Of a stretch of 64,000 bases of DNA, positions 41,433-52,560 are shown piece after piece; the first letter of the stretch is position 1; each line of letters opens with the position of its first letter. The notes under the pieces were generated by a model. That model searched no databases. It was not told the origin of the DNA and worked only from the letters and a program-made list of their open reading frames with translations. The DNA is taken from contig NC_043005.1 of NCBI RefSeq assembly GCF_006345805.1, forward strand, positions 86,862,001 through 86,926,000. Direction: 5' to 3'. A program made the position numbers and the translations under genes. Source of the stretch: Octopus sinensis (Eukaryota).

Positions 41433-42487
41433 TGAATGCCGTGGTTGGGACGGTAGCTAGTATATAGTTGTTCTTTGTTGATGTGGGGTCTCCTGTTGTG
41501 ATTTATGGTGTGTGTTCTTGGAGCAGTATTGAGGAGAGCATCCCGATATCCCATATTCGGGTGTGGTGTTCTAGGAGGCCTTCGTTGGTAATCATTGCAA
41601 GTGGTGTGGGTTTGTTGTGCTTGGTTGTTTAACCGGTTGATGGGACGAAGATTTCGTTGGTAACTCCTTTGGGTGGGGATAAGGTTGCAGTGTCTATCCT
41701 GTGGGTGTTGATTTATCCTTTCTCTGCTTGAAGTGGGGGTATTCCTGATATTGTATCGCTGGCTGCTTACAGAGTTAGGGTTAGGTCCTGTATTCTTTTT
41801 TTGATAGTAGTGAAGGTTCCGATTTTTAGACAGGTGTGTATCGGTGTTTGGGTGTTGTTTTGGTATTCTTATTTTCTGGAAAGGGTTGTTGGAGGCGTGC
41901 TCTGTTTGAAAGACGGCTTCATAGTCTGAGAACCAAGTGGCGCTTTTCTCCCAGCGTTGGAGAGATTTTAGTTCTTCTTTTTCACAGTCCTCTTTCCATA
42001 GTTTGGAGAACTTCTCTTGATCTGGGCCTTGGGTCATTTTGCGAATTTCTTCGTTGATATCTTCATCGGTGGATTTTATTTTATCCTCATTCGTTTGGGC
42101 CCTCAATTTCAGAAGTTCTATTTCCATTTTCATTTTTTCCAGTGCCATTCTCCCCCTGAGGTGTCTTTGTGTTTCAGGTTCTTCTGTAATAGCTTTGAAC
42201 TGGAATTTACGTGGGAGGATTAACGGGGTCCGGTTGAGCAATTTTTCGTATATATCCGCTTTGTTGTTGTTTTGGATCATCTTCCAAAAGGCGAACTTTC
42301 TATCTCTGAGTGATTTGTTCCATTGTGGTATTATGTGGTGTTTCATTTGGTATGTTGTTAGAGTATATTGACGCGTTTGGAGGTCCTTGGTTAGCGTTGT
42401 TAGAGAAAAATTTTCTAATTGTTTCGCATAAGTTCCCAAGGTTTTCGACAATTTCGGAGGTTGTATTTTTCGTATCTGTTTCCTCAT
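41393..42487 (-). CDS. PLE upstream ORF (364 aa; coiled-coil-like core and low-complexity N/Q/R/P tail)
   Basis: ORF track; heptad-like RMALEKMKMEIELLKLRAQTNEDKIK; directly upstream of and overlapping the RT frame. Confidence 0.65.
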   Translation of the reverse strand: MRKQIRKIQPPKLSKTLGTYAKQLENFSLTTLTKDLQTRQYTLTTYQMKHHIIPQWNKSLRDRKFAFWKMIQNNNKADIYEKLLNRTPLILPRKFQFKAITEEPETQRHLRGRMALEKMKMEIELLKLRAQTNEDKIKSTDEDINEEIRKMTQGPDQEKFSKLWKEDCEKEELKSLQRWEKSATWFSDYEAVFQTEHASNNPFQKIRIPKQHPNTDTHLSKNRNLHYYQKKNTGPNPNSVSSQRYNIRNTPTSSRERINQHPQDRHCNLIPTQRSYQRNLRPINRLNNQAQQTHTTCNDYQRRPPRTPHPNMGYRDALLNTAPRTHTINHNRRPHINKEQLYTSYRPNHGIHFLDPIRKHRDTR

Positions 42488-42788
42488 TGTTCTCTCGATT
42501 GGGTTGATGTGACGAGTCGAATTTGTTCAAAAATGTTGACAAATTTGTGTTCATTTTCTTGAGTTCTTTCAGTATTCCTTCCTTATCACCAGGAACTATC
42601 CACCTTCACTTATTGACAAGTGCATTCAACGTGCCCTTCAACTTAACATCAAGGAACTGAGACATCCCAAATCAAAGAAAAACTTACAACCAAAAGCCTT
42701 ACCATACATCTCCACACACAACCCTCTCAATAACGAAGCCTTCGGCACCATCCTCCACAACATACCCCTTCTAAAAAAAGACCACAGA

Positions 42789-43316
42789 ATGAACACAATC
42801 CTCCAAACACACACGATCATAAAAAGCAAGAGACAGCCTAAATCCATGAAAAGTCTCCTAACACAAGCCCGAATTCACTCTTCAACACAGAAGCCGACAG
42901 TAAAAAAATGTGGAAGACCCAATTGCGGGATATGCGACTATCTAACTGAGGGATCAGAGTTCTCCTTCAAACAGGGACAACGGTTTACAGTGAAAAGCAA
43001 CTTCACATGTGCTTCGGAGAACCTAATATACTCACTAACCTGCTCCGGGTGTCAAGAGCAGTACATAGGCCAAACAAAAAATAGTTTGCGTAAACGAATG
43101 GCCCTGCACAGATCCCAGATAAAAATTCCCCAAAACAGAAAAATAGCTTTTAGCCAACACATAGATACTTGCGCCAACAAAAAAACACCAAGCTGCAGGA
43201 TTTTCCCCCTCTACCAATTTAGGGACGATACAACCTCGAGACAACGAATAAGTAAAGAAACTCTCTTTATTGCAAAATACAGGCCACTTCTTAACGGGTC
43301 TACGACAAACAATTAA
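42789..43316 (+). CDS. Uninterrupted GIY-YIG endonuclease reading frame (175 aa) in the inverted arm
   Basis: ORF track; same motifs as the left copy plus C-terminal ...RQRISKETLFIAKYRPLLN. Confidence 0.8.
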   Translation: MNTILQTHTIIKSKRQPKSMKSLLTQARIHSSTQKPTVKKCGRPNCGICDYLTEGSEFSFKQGQRFTVKSNFTCASENLIYSLTCSGCQEQYIGQTKNSLRKRMALHRSQIKIPQNRKIAFSQHIDTCANKKTPSCRIFPLYQFRDDTTSRQRISKETLFIAKYRPLLNGSTTNN

Positions 43317-44096
43317 TATACCTCAAATTTACAATAAAAGAAATATTCACACACAAATATTACATTCCAAAGAATCCATTACTAATCACAGCTAAAATCA
43401 CAGCTATAATCCATAACATACCAACTTCAAGTCATACCACACCTCACTACTTTAACCCATTCATATTGTCCCTTCTCTGTTTTTTTCTTCTTCTTCCTCT
43501 TCTTCTTCATCATAATCATTATCATCATCATCGTCGCCATAATCATCACCACCATCACCATCATCGTCATCTTCTCCTTCTCCTTCTTCTTCTTCTTCTC
43601 ATCATCATCATTATCATCATCATCGTCGCCATAATCATCACCACCATCACCATCATCGTCATCTTCTCCTTCTCCTTCTTCTTCTTCTTCATCATCATCA
43701 TCATCAACATCGTCATCTTCTTCTTCTTCTTCTTCTTCTTCTACTTCTCCACCTCCTACCCCTTAACTTTGTCACTAATGTTTTTTAGTATAACACCTAC
43801 GCAAATTCTATAAACAAGCCTGTCAATATAAATATTCTCCTGAATTGAACTGAGACTGCCAGCCGCCACTGACCATTCAAAATACGACCATCAGGGCACT
43901 CCCAGATTCTCCCACCCCCTTTCCTCACCAGCCTTCTTCCTCTACTACCCTACCAAGAACTCACAACGACCTCCAACACACAAGTGCAAACGAGGGAGTC
44001 AGAGAAAGGCAGAATGCCACTTAAATCTGAACACTACTATAGAAATATTCTTTTAAAAAAATTTTCTTCTAATTTTTCTAAATTTAATTATTTAAT

Positions 44097-44144
44097 CGTT
44101 CCAGTTGAAAAGGTCTCAAAATGACCGAAACCGGTACTGAAATG
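44097..44144 (+). ncRNA. Type I minimal hammerhead ribozyme (U3-A8 variant), predicted cleavage after 44136
   Basis: CGTTCCAG TTGAAAA GGTC TCAAAAT GACC GAAA CCGG TA CTGAAATG. Confidence 0.8.
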
Positions 44145-44226
44145 TTCACTATAAAATTATTTTAGCATTTTCTATTTTTGACTTATTTTTTCATATATAT
44201 CAACTCGTGTGTTCCTTTCACCCTAT

Positions 44227-44281
<55 letters not shown>

Positions 44282-44293
44282 TATATATATACA

Positions 44294-44326
<33 letters not shown>

Positions 44327-44337
44327 ATATATATATC

Positions 44338-44373
<36 letters not shown>

Positions 44374-45279
44374 AATATATATATATATATGCATATATAT
44401 ATATGTGAGTGTGTATATATATACAGACATACATTTATATATATATTTATAGCTCTATATAGATTTATTGTTCGCGTGCATACGAGCAAAATTTATAAGG
44501 GGATCGGATCTTCTATTAATTATCAAGGAAAATAGAAGATGCAGAGGATCAAATTCCTCACACGCAACGTGAGTTTGCAGGTTCCATCGAGCTTGTTTTC
44601 TTCCTTTTTGTGTATTGGAGTCGCATCTGATGAACCACAAGAGAGATCTGATTATGGTGTGTCTCTGAAGAATTTCCTTTTCAACTGCTTAGGTTGTGTA
44701 AGCTTCCAAATTATTCTGAATTTTTCCGTGCACTCCATGTTTTTGTGATGTAAATTGATACATGTTTCCCTGAATTAGATATCAACCCGAAGACAAGTAA
44801 ACCGCTCTACTTTCTTCAGCGTCGTGTCAATCAGGGAGTTGATTTAGCCGCTCCAATAAAAGCATTTATACCCATAAAGAACTTAAAAGAAGGTTAATAT
44901 GACATAGTCTGCCGCACTCAAACGGCTCTATGATTTATTCATTCTGTCAAATAATTATGAATGCTAATTATTGTAAATCAATCTTGGACAACTTCATTGT
45001 GTTTATTTCGTTAAAAATTCAGTCCCGGCTATCAATTGTATCTATTACTTCCGTTGATATTCATAACTGCAATTTTCAAACGAGTGTAACTCGTTTTACT
45101 GTTTCACATTAATGATCAGAAAACTTAACACTACTTCTAAAACCATCACGCATATAGGGACTGTCAATGCAGTGTAATTACAGAGGTCAAATGGCTACCT
45201 CATACCCAAGGCCGTTTTGTATCATCACAACTTTAAAATTCGTCCTTATTTTGTCACATTTCAGTAGGTATACAATCTG

Positions 45280-45620
45280 CTCACTTGGATATACTCGACC
45301 GGGTCCTTCTTTTATTTCAGTTTTGCAACCTTTGTCAAATCGACGTAACATCACTCTTAGCGTTTTCTATCTCTAATACCAAAGGAACTAATCTGATGAA
45401 CTTCCTCTCTTAGTTCCAGACTATTTAGCACAATTTCGCCAGACACGAAACTCACAGCGTTATTCATCCAAATGCTTTTGTGCTTCCACGAATAAGGAAG
45501 TATTTCTATGGTCGTATATTTTTACCTCAAACTGCCAAACATTGGAACTCTCTTCCATCTCATTGTGTTTCTGCTTCTTATGGTCTGAACACTCTCAATT
45601 CTAAAGTAAGTTCATTCTTC
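45280..45620 (+). pseudogene. CR1/L2-group LINE 3' remnant
   Basis: LQPLSNRRN...FY...SDEL..LVP...TRNS...HP...LP...F.P.TAKHWNSLP across frameshifts. Confidence 0.7.
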
Positions 45621-46840
45621 TCGTCTTGATTTTTCCTTCTTCATTTTCCCTTATCCTTGTACGAGACTTCCTTATATAAAAAAATTTAATTGTTTGTCAG
45701 AATTCATTTCACATTTATTTCCCATATAAATATTTCGAACTGACATAATGATAAAGAGTTAATTCTCTTCAGGTTTAACACGTAATTCTTTCAACAAAGA
45801 GAGATCGCTTACGTATGCATGTGGTTAATATTCAACGATGTTAATAAAACAATACCACTCAGATAAACATACAGATATAGCCGTGAACGATATATAACAT
45901 TATTTGACGTTTATTTTATTTCATATATTATTCTCCGGTTGGTGGCATTCCATCAAATTTTGCAATGACATCGTATGGTTAATCTTAGTAAAACCACGAA
46001 TAAACATACGCACATATGCATATATAATTAGATTTATATAAGAATTTATTGTTCCCATAACTGCGAGCAAAATAAAAGGGGATCGGATCGTTTATGAATT
46101 ACTAAGGGAAATAGTGAATAGCGATAATCATAGGTTTTATTGTATTTGAAACCATATAAGCATTGTAAATGAAACATAGTTTTCACTAGAACTGAAAGAC
46201 TTACATCGAAAGATTTACGTTGTGTTTTCATGCTTTATCTCGCTGCAAGCCTCATATTCTATAGAAAAGCAAGTGACAATTATATGTTGAAATTTCATGT
46301 TGTCACGAATGTTATAAAATTTGGTTAAGTAATTATGGATTATACCTAGGAAAGAACCTCCGGAACATAGATGTTATTAGTATACAAACACACACACACA
46401 CACGCATATATATATATATAACGAAAGAAAACAGAAAATGGAGAAGTACTGATTAACCCCAATTGACTTACATCAAATATATTTATTAATTAATTGCAAA
46501 TAGACTGCATCCCATCTAACAGCTATTTCTGCATCCAATGTTATATGGTACTGCCATTGACATTCAAAATATTTTTACATGGGGTGGAGTCTATTTTCAT
46601 TGAAATAATAGATAATAATTGATGCTAGACAATTGTGTTAATCAGTATTTCTACATTTCCTGTTTTTTTTTAATATTGATTCTTGATAATCCTATGTTTA
46701 TTTTTGTCTTGACTTATAACTTATATGAACATAATATGTTTGCATATGTATGTCCATGGTTAATTATTAGTAATATAGCGGTAGTCTAATGGATACTTCT
46801 ATTCCTTAGACGGTTATTTTTTAACCTCTAACTCAACTAG

Positions 46841-46877
<37 letters not shown>

Positions 46878-47055
46878 TAAGCAATAAGGGTTAGCAACGA
46901 GTTGCCTTACCACATACCGAATTTAGAAATAGCAGTCAAAGGGTTATAGCTATTTCTTCTACTAAAAAGGGAGATCTCAGTAAAAACAGCATTGGAAGGC
47001 AGACACCAAACAGGTAAGAGAGAATGAATTGACTGCAATCTATCATACATTTTTT

Positions 47056-47181
47056 TAGTTATCCACGGACGTACGTTTCGAAATCAAGTTTTAAGGAAAG
47101 CATAAGAATTAGATATTAAATATTAAATAATAAATAATTCTATCTTACCGAAACTTCTTTTCTCTTCAGCGTAGAATACTA
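47056..47181 (-). ncRNA. Type I hammerhead ribozyme, array copy 1 (predicted cleavage at 47068)
   Basis: Reverse complement of the 48384-48508 motif. Confidence 0.85.
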
Positions 47182-47659
47182 TAATCATAAATGATTATAT
47201 ATTGAATTTTGAGATACCAGAAGGCACCAACTCCACTCAGTATCAGAGCGAGCTAGAATCCGCAACTGTATCACCGAATTCATTTGTGAATGAAACGATT
47301 GTGTCAACAGCCCCTTCCACCCGCGTGTAGCCAAAACAAGATGCTGTGGTCATCTACTGAGATAAAATATGGTTATCCGTAATAATGAAGGGTGAAATTA
47401 ATTAATTTGGAAAAATTATCAATTACACCAAGTAGTCTTCGGCATGTAAAAGCCTCATTCGAGGAAAATTTAAGTGATACTAAGCAATAAGGGTTTAGCA
47501 ACGAGTTGCCTTACCACATACCGAATTTAGAAATAGCAGTCAAAGGGTTATAGCTATTTCTTCTACTAAAAAGGGAGATCTCAGTAAAAACAGCATTTGG
47601 AAGGCAGACACAAACAGGTAAGAGAGAATGAATTGACTGCAATCTATCATACATTTTTT

Positions 47660-47785
47660 TAGTTATCCACGGACGTACGTTTCGAAATCAAGTTTTAAGG
47701 AAAGCATAAGAATTAGATATTAAATATTAAATAATAAATAATTCTATCTTACCGAAACTTCTTTTCTCTTCAGCGTAGAATACTA
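47660..47785 (-). ncRNA. Type I hammerhead ribozyme, array copy 2 (predicted cleavage at 47672)
   Basis: Reverse complement of the 48384-48508 motif. Confidence 0.85.
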
Positions 47786-48383
47786 TAATCATAAATGATT
47801 ATATATTGAATTTTGAGATACCAGAAGGCACCAACTCCACTCAGTATCAGAGCGAGCTAGAATCCGCAACTGGTATCACCGAATTCAATTTGTGAATGAA
47901 ACGATTGTGTCAACAGCCCCTTCCCACCCGCGTGTAGCCAAAACAAGATGCTGTGGTCATCTACTGAGATAAAATATGGTTATCCGTAATAATGAAGGGT
48001 GAAATTAATTAATTTGGAAAAATTATCAATTACACCAAGTAGTCTTCGGCATGTAAAAGCCTCATTCGAGGAAAATTTAAGTAATACTAAGCAATAAGGG
48101 TTTAGCAACGAGTTGCCTTACCAAGACTACTTGGTGTAATTGATAATTTTTCCAAATTAATTAATTTCACCCTTCATTATTACGGATAACCATATTTTAT
48201 CTCAGTAGATGACCACAGCATCTTGTTTTGGCTACACGCGGGTGGGAAGGGGCTGTTGACACAATCGTTTCATTCACAAATTGAATTCGGTGATACCAGT
48301 TGCGGATTCTAGCTCGCTCTGATACTGAGTGGAGTTGGTGCCTTCTGGTATCTCAAAATTCAATATATAATCATTTATGATTA

Positions 48384-48508
48384 TAGTATTCTACGCTGAA
48401 GAGAAAAGAAGTTTCGGTAAGATAGAATTATTTATTATTAATATTTAATATCTAATTCTTATGCTTTCCTTAAAACTTGATTTCGAAACGTACGTCCGTG
48501 GATAACTA
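48384..48508 (+). ncRNA. Type I hammerhead ribozyme, inverted copy (predicted cleavage after 48496)
   Basis: UCUACG-CUGAAGA-G[~80 nt]C-GAAA-CGUACG-UC-CGUGGA; all core nucleotides present. Confidence 0.88.
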
Positions 48509-49472
48509 AAAAATGTATGATAGATTGCAGTCAATTCATTCTCCCTTACCTGTTTGTGTCTGCCTTCCAAATGCTGTTTTTACTGAGATCTCCCTTTTTA
48601 GTAGAAGAAATAGCTATAACCCTTTGACTGCTATTTCTAAATTCGGTATGTGGTAAGGCAACTCGTTGCTAAACCCTTATTGCTTAGTATTACTTAAATT
48701 TTCCTCGAATGAGGCTTTTACATGCCGAAGACTACTTGGTGTAATTGATAATTTTTCCAAATTAATTAATTTCACCCTTCATTATTACGGATATATATAT
48801 ATATATATATAATACATATGCGTGTATATATGTATGGTTATCTGAATAGTATTGGAACATTTTGTCAAGATCGTTTCCCTGTAATAAAGGGAAATCTTTC
48901 TGAACTCTTTTTATGGATGAACAACTATTTATCTTTTTTTCCAAACACCCACTGGCTAACACCTATAAGGAAAGTATCTACAGGTGTTTACATCGAAAAA
49001 AAAACTTTCAGCTATTTCAGATAATATCTGCCCCTTGATTTTCTATTTGTTTATACATCCATTCCTCCTTTAATTCTCTTTCTCTCTTCCCTTTCGCTTT
49101 CTCTTGTCCTAAGACGTCAAATTTCTTAACGCTAATTTAAAATTACTAGCGTTCCCTATCCACCTTTGTTTTCCAAATATATATATTATATATTGTATAT
49201 TGTAGTTTTTTACATTTGTAACAATGTCCTATTGATGAGCACTGTTGTTTATAATCTCCACTATGATGACATTGATGCATTTTCCCACACTATTCTTCCT
49301 CTCGGTTTTATTTTAATGCATCAATCAAAATATATGTAAGTGATATGTTGGTATGAATGATTTAAATAATATCTTGAGCGCTGTTTAATGTCCACCTTTT
49401 CTGTATTCTGCCTTCTCAGCTTCACCGCGTATCGTCTATTTATTCAAATTTTTAGTTCATTATATGCGATTT

Positions 49473-49522
49473 GCGCCTGAAGAATATGTTTGAGTTATCT
49501 CAAAATATGAAACTATTAGCGC
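49473..49522 (+). ncRNA. Type I hammerhead-like motif with one stem III mismatch
   Basis: GCGC-CUGAAGA-AUAU(G)UUUGAG-UUAU-CUCAAAAUAU-GAAA-CUAU-UA-GCGC. Confidence 0.7.
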
Positions 49523-49574
49523 TTTAATACATGTGAATAATAATATTTATCTCTCACCACATGGAGTACTGTTT

Positions 49575-49635
<61 letters not shown>

Positions 49636-49681
49636 CGAAGAGGGGAGAAAAAGGATGATCCAATTATCTTATACACTTCAT

Positions 49682-49765
49682 TAGCTTACAGCTGTTTCCA
49701 CAATAAGGTGAGGTGGAATAACAGGTAAGTGCCCGACTAAAACCTTACAGTTTCATCAGACAGGG
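49682..49765 (-). ncRNA. Decayed hammerhead-like motif
   Basis: CUGAUGA...GAAA-CAGCUG-UA; stems I and II imperfect. Confidence 0.4.
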
Positions 49766-50007
49766 AGTGCTATTTATTCCAAACAACAAATACAATTAAT
49801 TATACGCGTAAGAAGGCATTGCCAATGACAAATCAAATACATGTGGAAGAAACGACAGGTGTTAACTCCTACAATTAAAATAAAATGAATTCTATGACGT
49901 GTATAACGGAAAGTAGAGTAAGAGTAACTAGATATATCAGAATATATGTATACACTCACATATAATATACACGAATATAGAGAGATAGATGGATAGATAG
50001 ATAGAAT

Positions 50008-50087
<80 letters not shown>

Positions 50088-50096
50088 AGAGAGAAA

Positions 50097-50278
50097 TGAA
50101 TGGAGTTAAACGAAGGTGTTATTCAAATTATTTTACTTTCGACATAGGTTGCGCAGAAAACATCGGTATTATTCCAGAAGGAATAAATTGGTGTAAAACA
50201 GTGCAATCTTCTCATCAGGGAAAGAAATAAACCAAACACATCAATAAGTCATTTTAACAGAATGTGATAACTGCGTAT
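50097..50278 (-). repeat. Second copy of the 32184-32362 repeat with a decayed hammerhead
   Basis: CUGAUGA-GAAGA...GCAA-CCUAUG-UC-GAAAG at 50136-50224. Confidence 0.6.
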
Positions 50279-50498
50279 ATGATGAAGGGAACACTATCAA
50301 TTTTTTTAATACTTTTAGTAGATATAACGTCAAAGGTAGCATATAGAAAGAGGAAGATGAGGAGGAAAGAATTAGCAGAAAATTAATAATGGAGCGATAG
50401 GTGAATAGGAATAAAGCATAAAGACTTGGAAGTAGATATATTAGTGGAAGTACAAAGAAGACGTTCAAAGTTTGAATTTTATAGAATGGTAGAAATCA

Positions 50499-50552
<54 letters not shown>

Positions 50553-51282
50553 ATATATTTTATATGTATGTATATGTTTGTGTGTAAGTGTTTGTCTCCC
50601 CGGTATCACTTTACAACAGATATTGGTGTGGTTATGTCGCCGTAATTTAGTGGTTCGGTAAGTCAGACCGATTGAATGAGAACTAGGCTTACAAAGAATA
50701 TATCCTGTAGTCGATTTGCTCGACTAAATGTGCTGCTCCGTCATGGCTACAGTTACCTGACCGAGAAAATTAAAGGAAATAAAATAAAATACGTTTATGT
50801 GTGTGCATGTGTGTGTGTGTATGCATGCTTTATGTATCTCTCTCTCTATACGTATATATATATATAAATATATATACATAAGTTATATCGAAAGAGGAAA
50901 TTGGAAAATATTTTTAGCATGAAGATATTTCCTCAGAAATTCTTCAGACAGGTAATCAATCAATTATTATCTGTCTGAAGAATTTCTAATAGGAGATATC
51001 ATATACGTTTCCTATTACATATAAAACTTTTTGACTCCTATTACCAAATTGAAACATGTGTAATGGTGAATAAACTATACCAAACAGAATTTCCAATTTC
51101 CTGTTTTGATATTATTACTCAGCAGAAAGTATTTTCTGCATTTCCTCTTCTTATGCATATTTCACATACAAACCATACAAACCACATACGTATTTAGAAT
51201 ACTAGAATAAGCAAATGTGCTTCAAAAGGACACATTCGACTTTAACCGTATCTATATTATATGCTTATATATGTATGCATAT

Positions 51283-51347
<65 letters not shown>

Positions 51348-51442
51348 TATAGATATAAATATATATTATATATATGCATATATATATACATACATATATA
51401 TACATAAATATAAATAAATATTTATATGCATATATATATATA

Positions 51443-51489
<47 letters not shown>

Positions 51490-51531
51490 GTGTGTGTGTG
51501 TGCGTATATTATATATATATATATGTATATA

Positions 51532-51583
<52 letters not shown>

Positions 51584-51989
51584 TATATTATATAGACGGC
51601 ACTATTACACATAAATGCCGCACGCTAGGGGGGACTTTTAAAGTCAAAACTACCAAAATAAAAAACAGAATTTAGTTGCTGATCACCTGTGATTTCTTAG
51701 AATTTTGTTCCTTTATTTCTATTACTCTCTTTAACTTAAGCCCTCTCCTTCAAACACTCATTCGTCGAAGCCGACAGCAATCGGCCATCGTCATATATAT
51801 AAAGCATTATATATACACACACACATTTGCACATAGGTATTTATATTATGTATGTATGTATGTATGTATGTCAGCAGAATTGTGTTAATTTTCCAGTACC
51901 ATAGATATTCTGCGGATCGTCCCTCCTCATTCGACTGCACTTTAAAGTATAAACGATTATGGGTTTAAATCTTTGTTCGTAAAGTTGTA

Positions 51990-52560
51990 TTGTTGAGCAA
52001 GACTTTCCCTTTGATGTCTTGCAAACAACTTGCATATCCAAGTGCTAGCAGTCAAAAACTCCGCATACCGGAAGTCAGTAAGTGTATGGGGTCATCAGGA
52101 GGGAATGCGCGCCGTTTCGGGGGCTACTACTCGACGGCATCAATGAGCACCGTGCCCCTCACTGATATGAGGTCCCTCTTGCTAGATCAGCTGGTTAGCA
52201 AATAAAGCTCATTATTCTTCTAGCAATCGCTCATCGTCTCTTCTCCAATGTAGTTTGGATATCGGTCGTGGTGGTATTTATTTTACGATAACTTAGGCCT
52301 AACGATGACAACAATCGTCTCACACTGTGTCCAACGAACCTTCTGCATACGACCTCGATTGGAAAATGTTCTGCTTGCAGCCTGCGTCTTCACATTCCTC
52401 GAGGAGGTTTACATAACGGTCGATCTTTCGAGCCTGAGCGGCATCCTTATTGTCTTCATTTGGAACCGTTAACTCGGCTAGATTTACAACTTTCCTTCTT
52501 TCACACCACATCAAAATATGTTTGCTTTATTCCGATAAAAATGTGCACTTATCTATTTCT
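51990..52560 (-). pseudogene. RLE-type LINE 3' end (HERO-like)
   Basis: LAELTVPNEDN..AAQARK.DRY..L.EECEDAG..HFPIEV.CR.F.G. Confidence 0.75.

Larger units (their letters stand above)
38251..44192 (-). mobile_element. Penelope-like element (Neptune-like) with head-to-head inverted 3' portion, inserted in (TA)n
   Basis: RT and C-terminal GIY-YIG with Cx4Cx2C linker; 38251-39822 and 42533-44192 are inverted repeats; TA tracts on both sides. Confidence 0.93.
46875..48792. mobile_element. Retrozyme-like array: ~2.06 tandem ~605-bp units plus ~1.1 inverted units, flanked by (TA)n
   Basis: TACTAAGCAATAAGGG at 46875, 47478 and 48085; inversion junction 48122/48123; no ORF of 60 aa or more. Confidence 0.9.

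Noticed and set aside
46875-48792. CRISPR-like or satellite interpretation of the array
   Set aside because: No short repeat/spacer structure; eukaryotic context; whole 605-bp units are near-identical
52090-52125. CGAAAC...CUGAUGA in the HERO-like 3' UTR (minus strand) as a type II hammerhead
   Set aside because: Flanks are CCCC on both sides, so stem II cannot form, and there is no room for stems III and I
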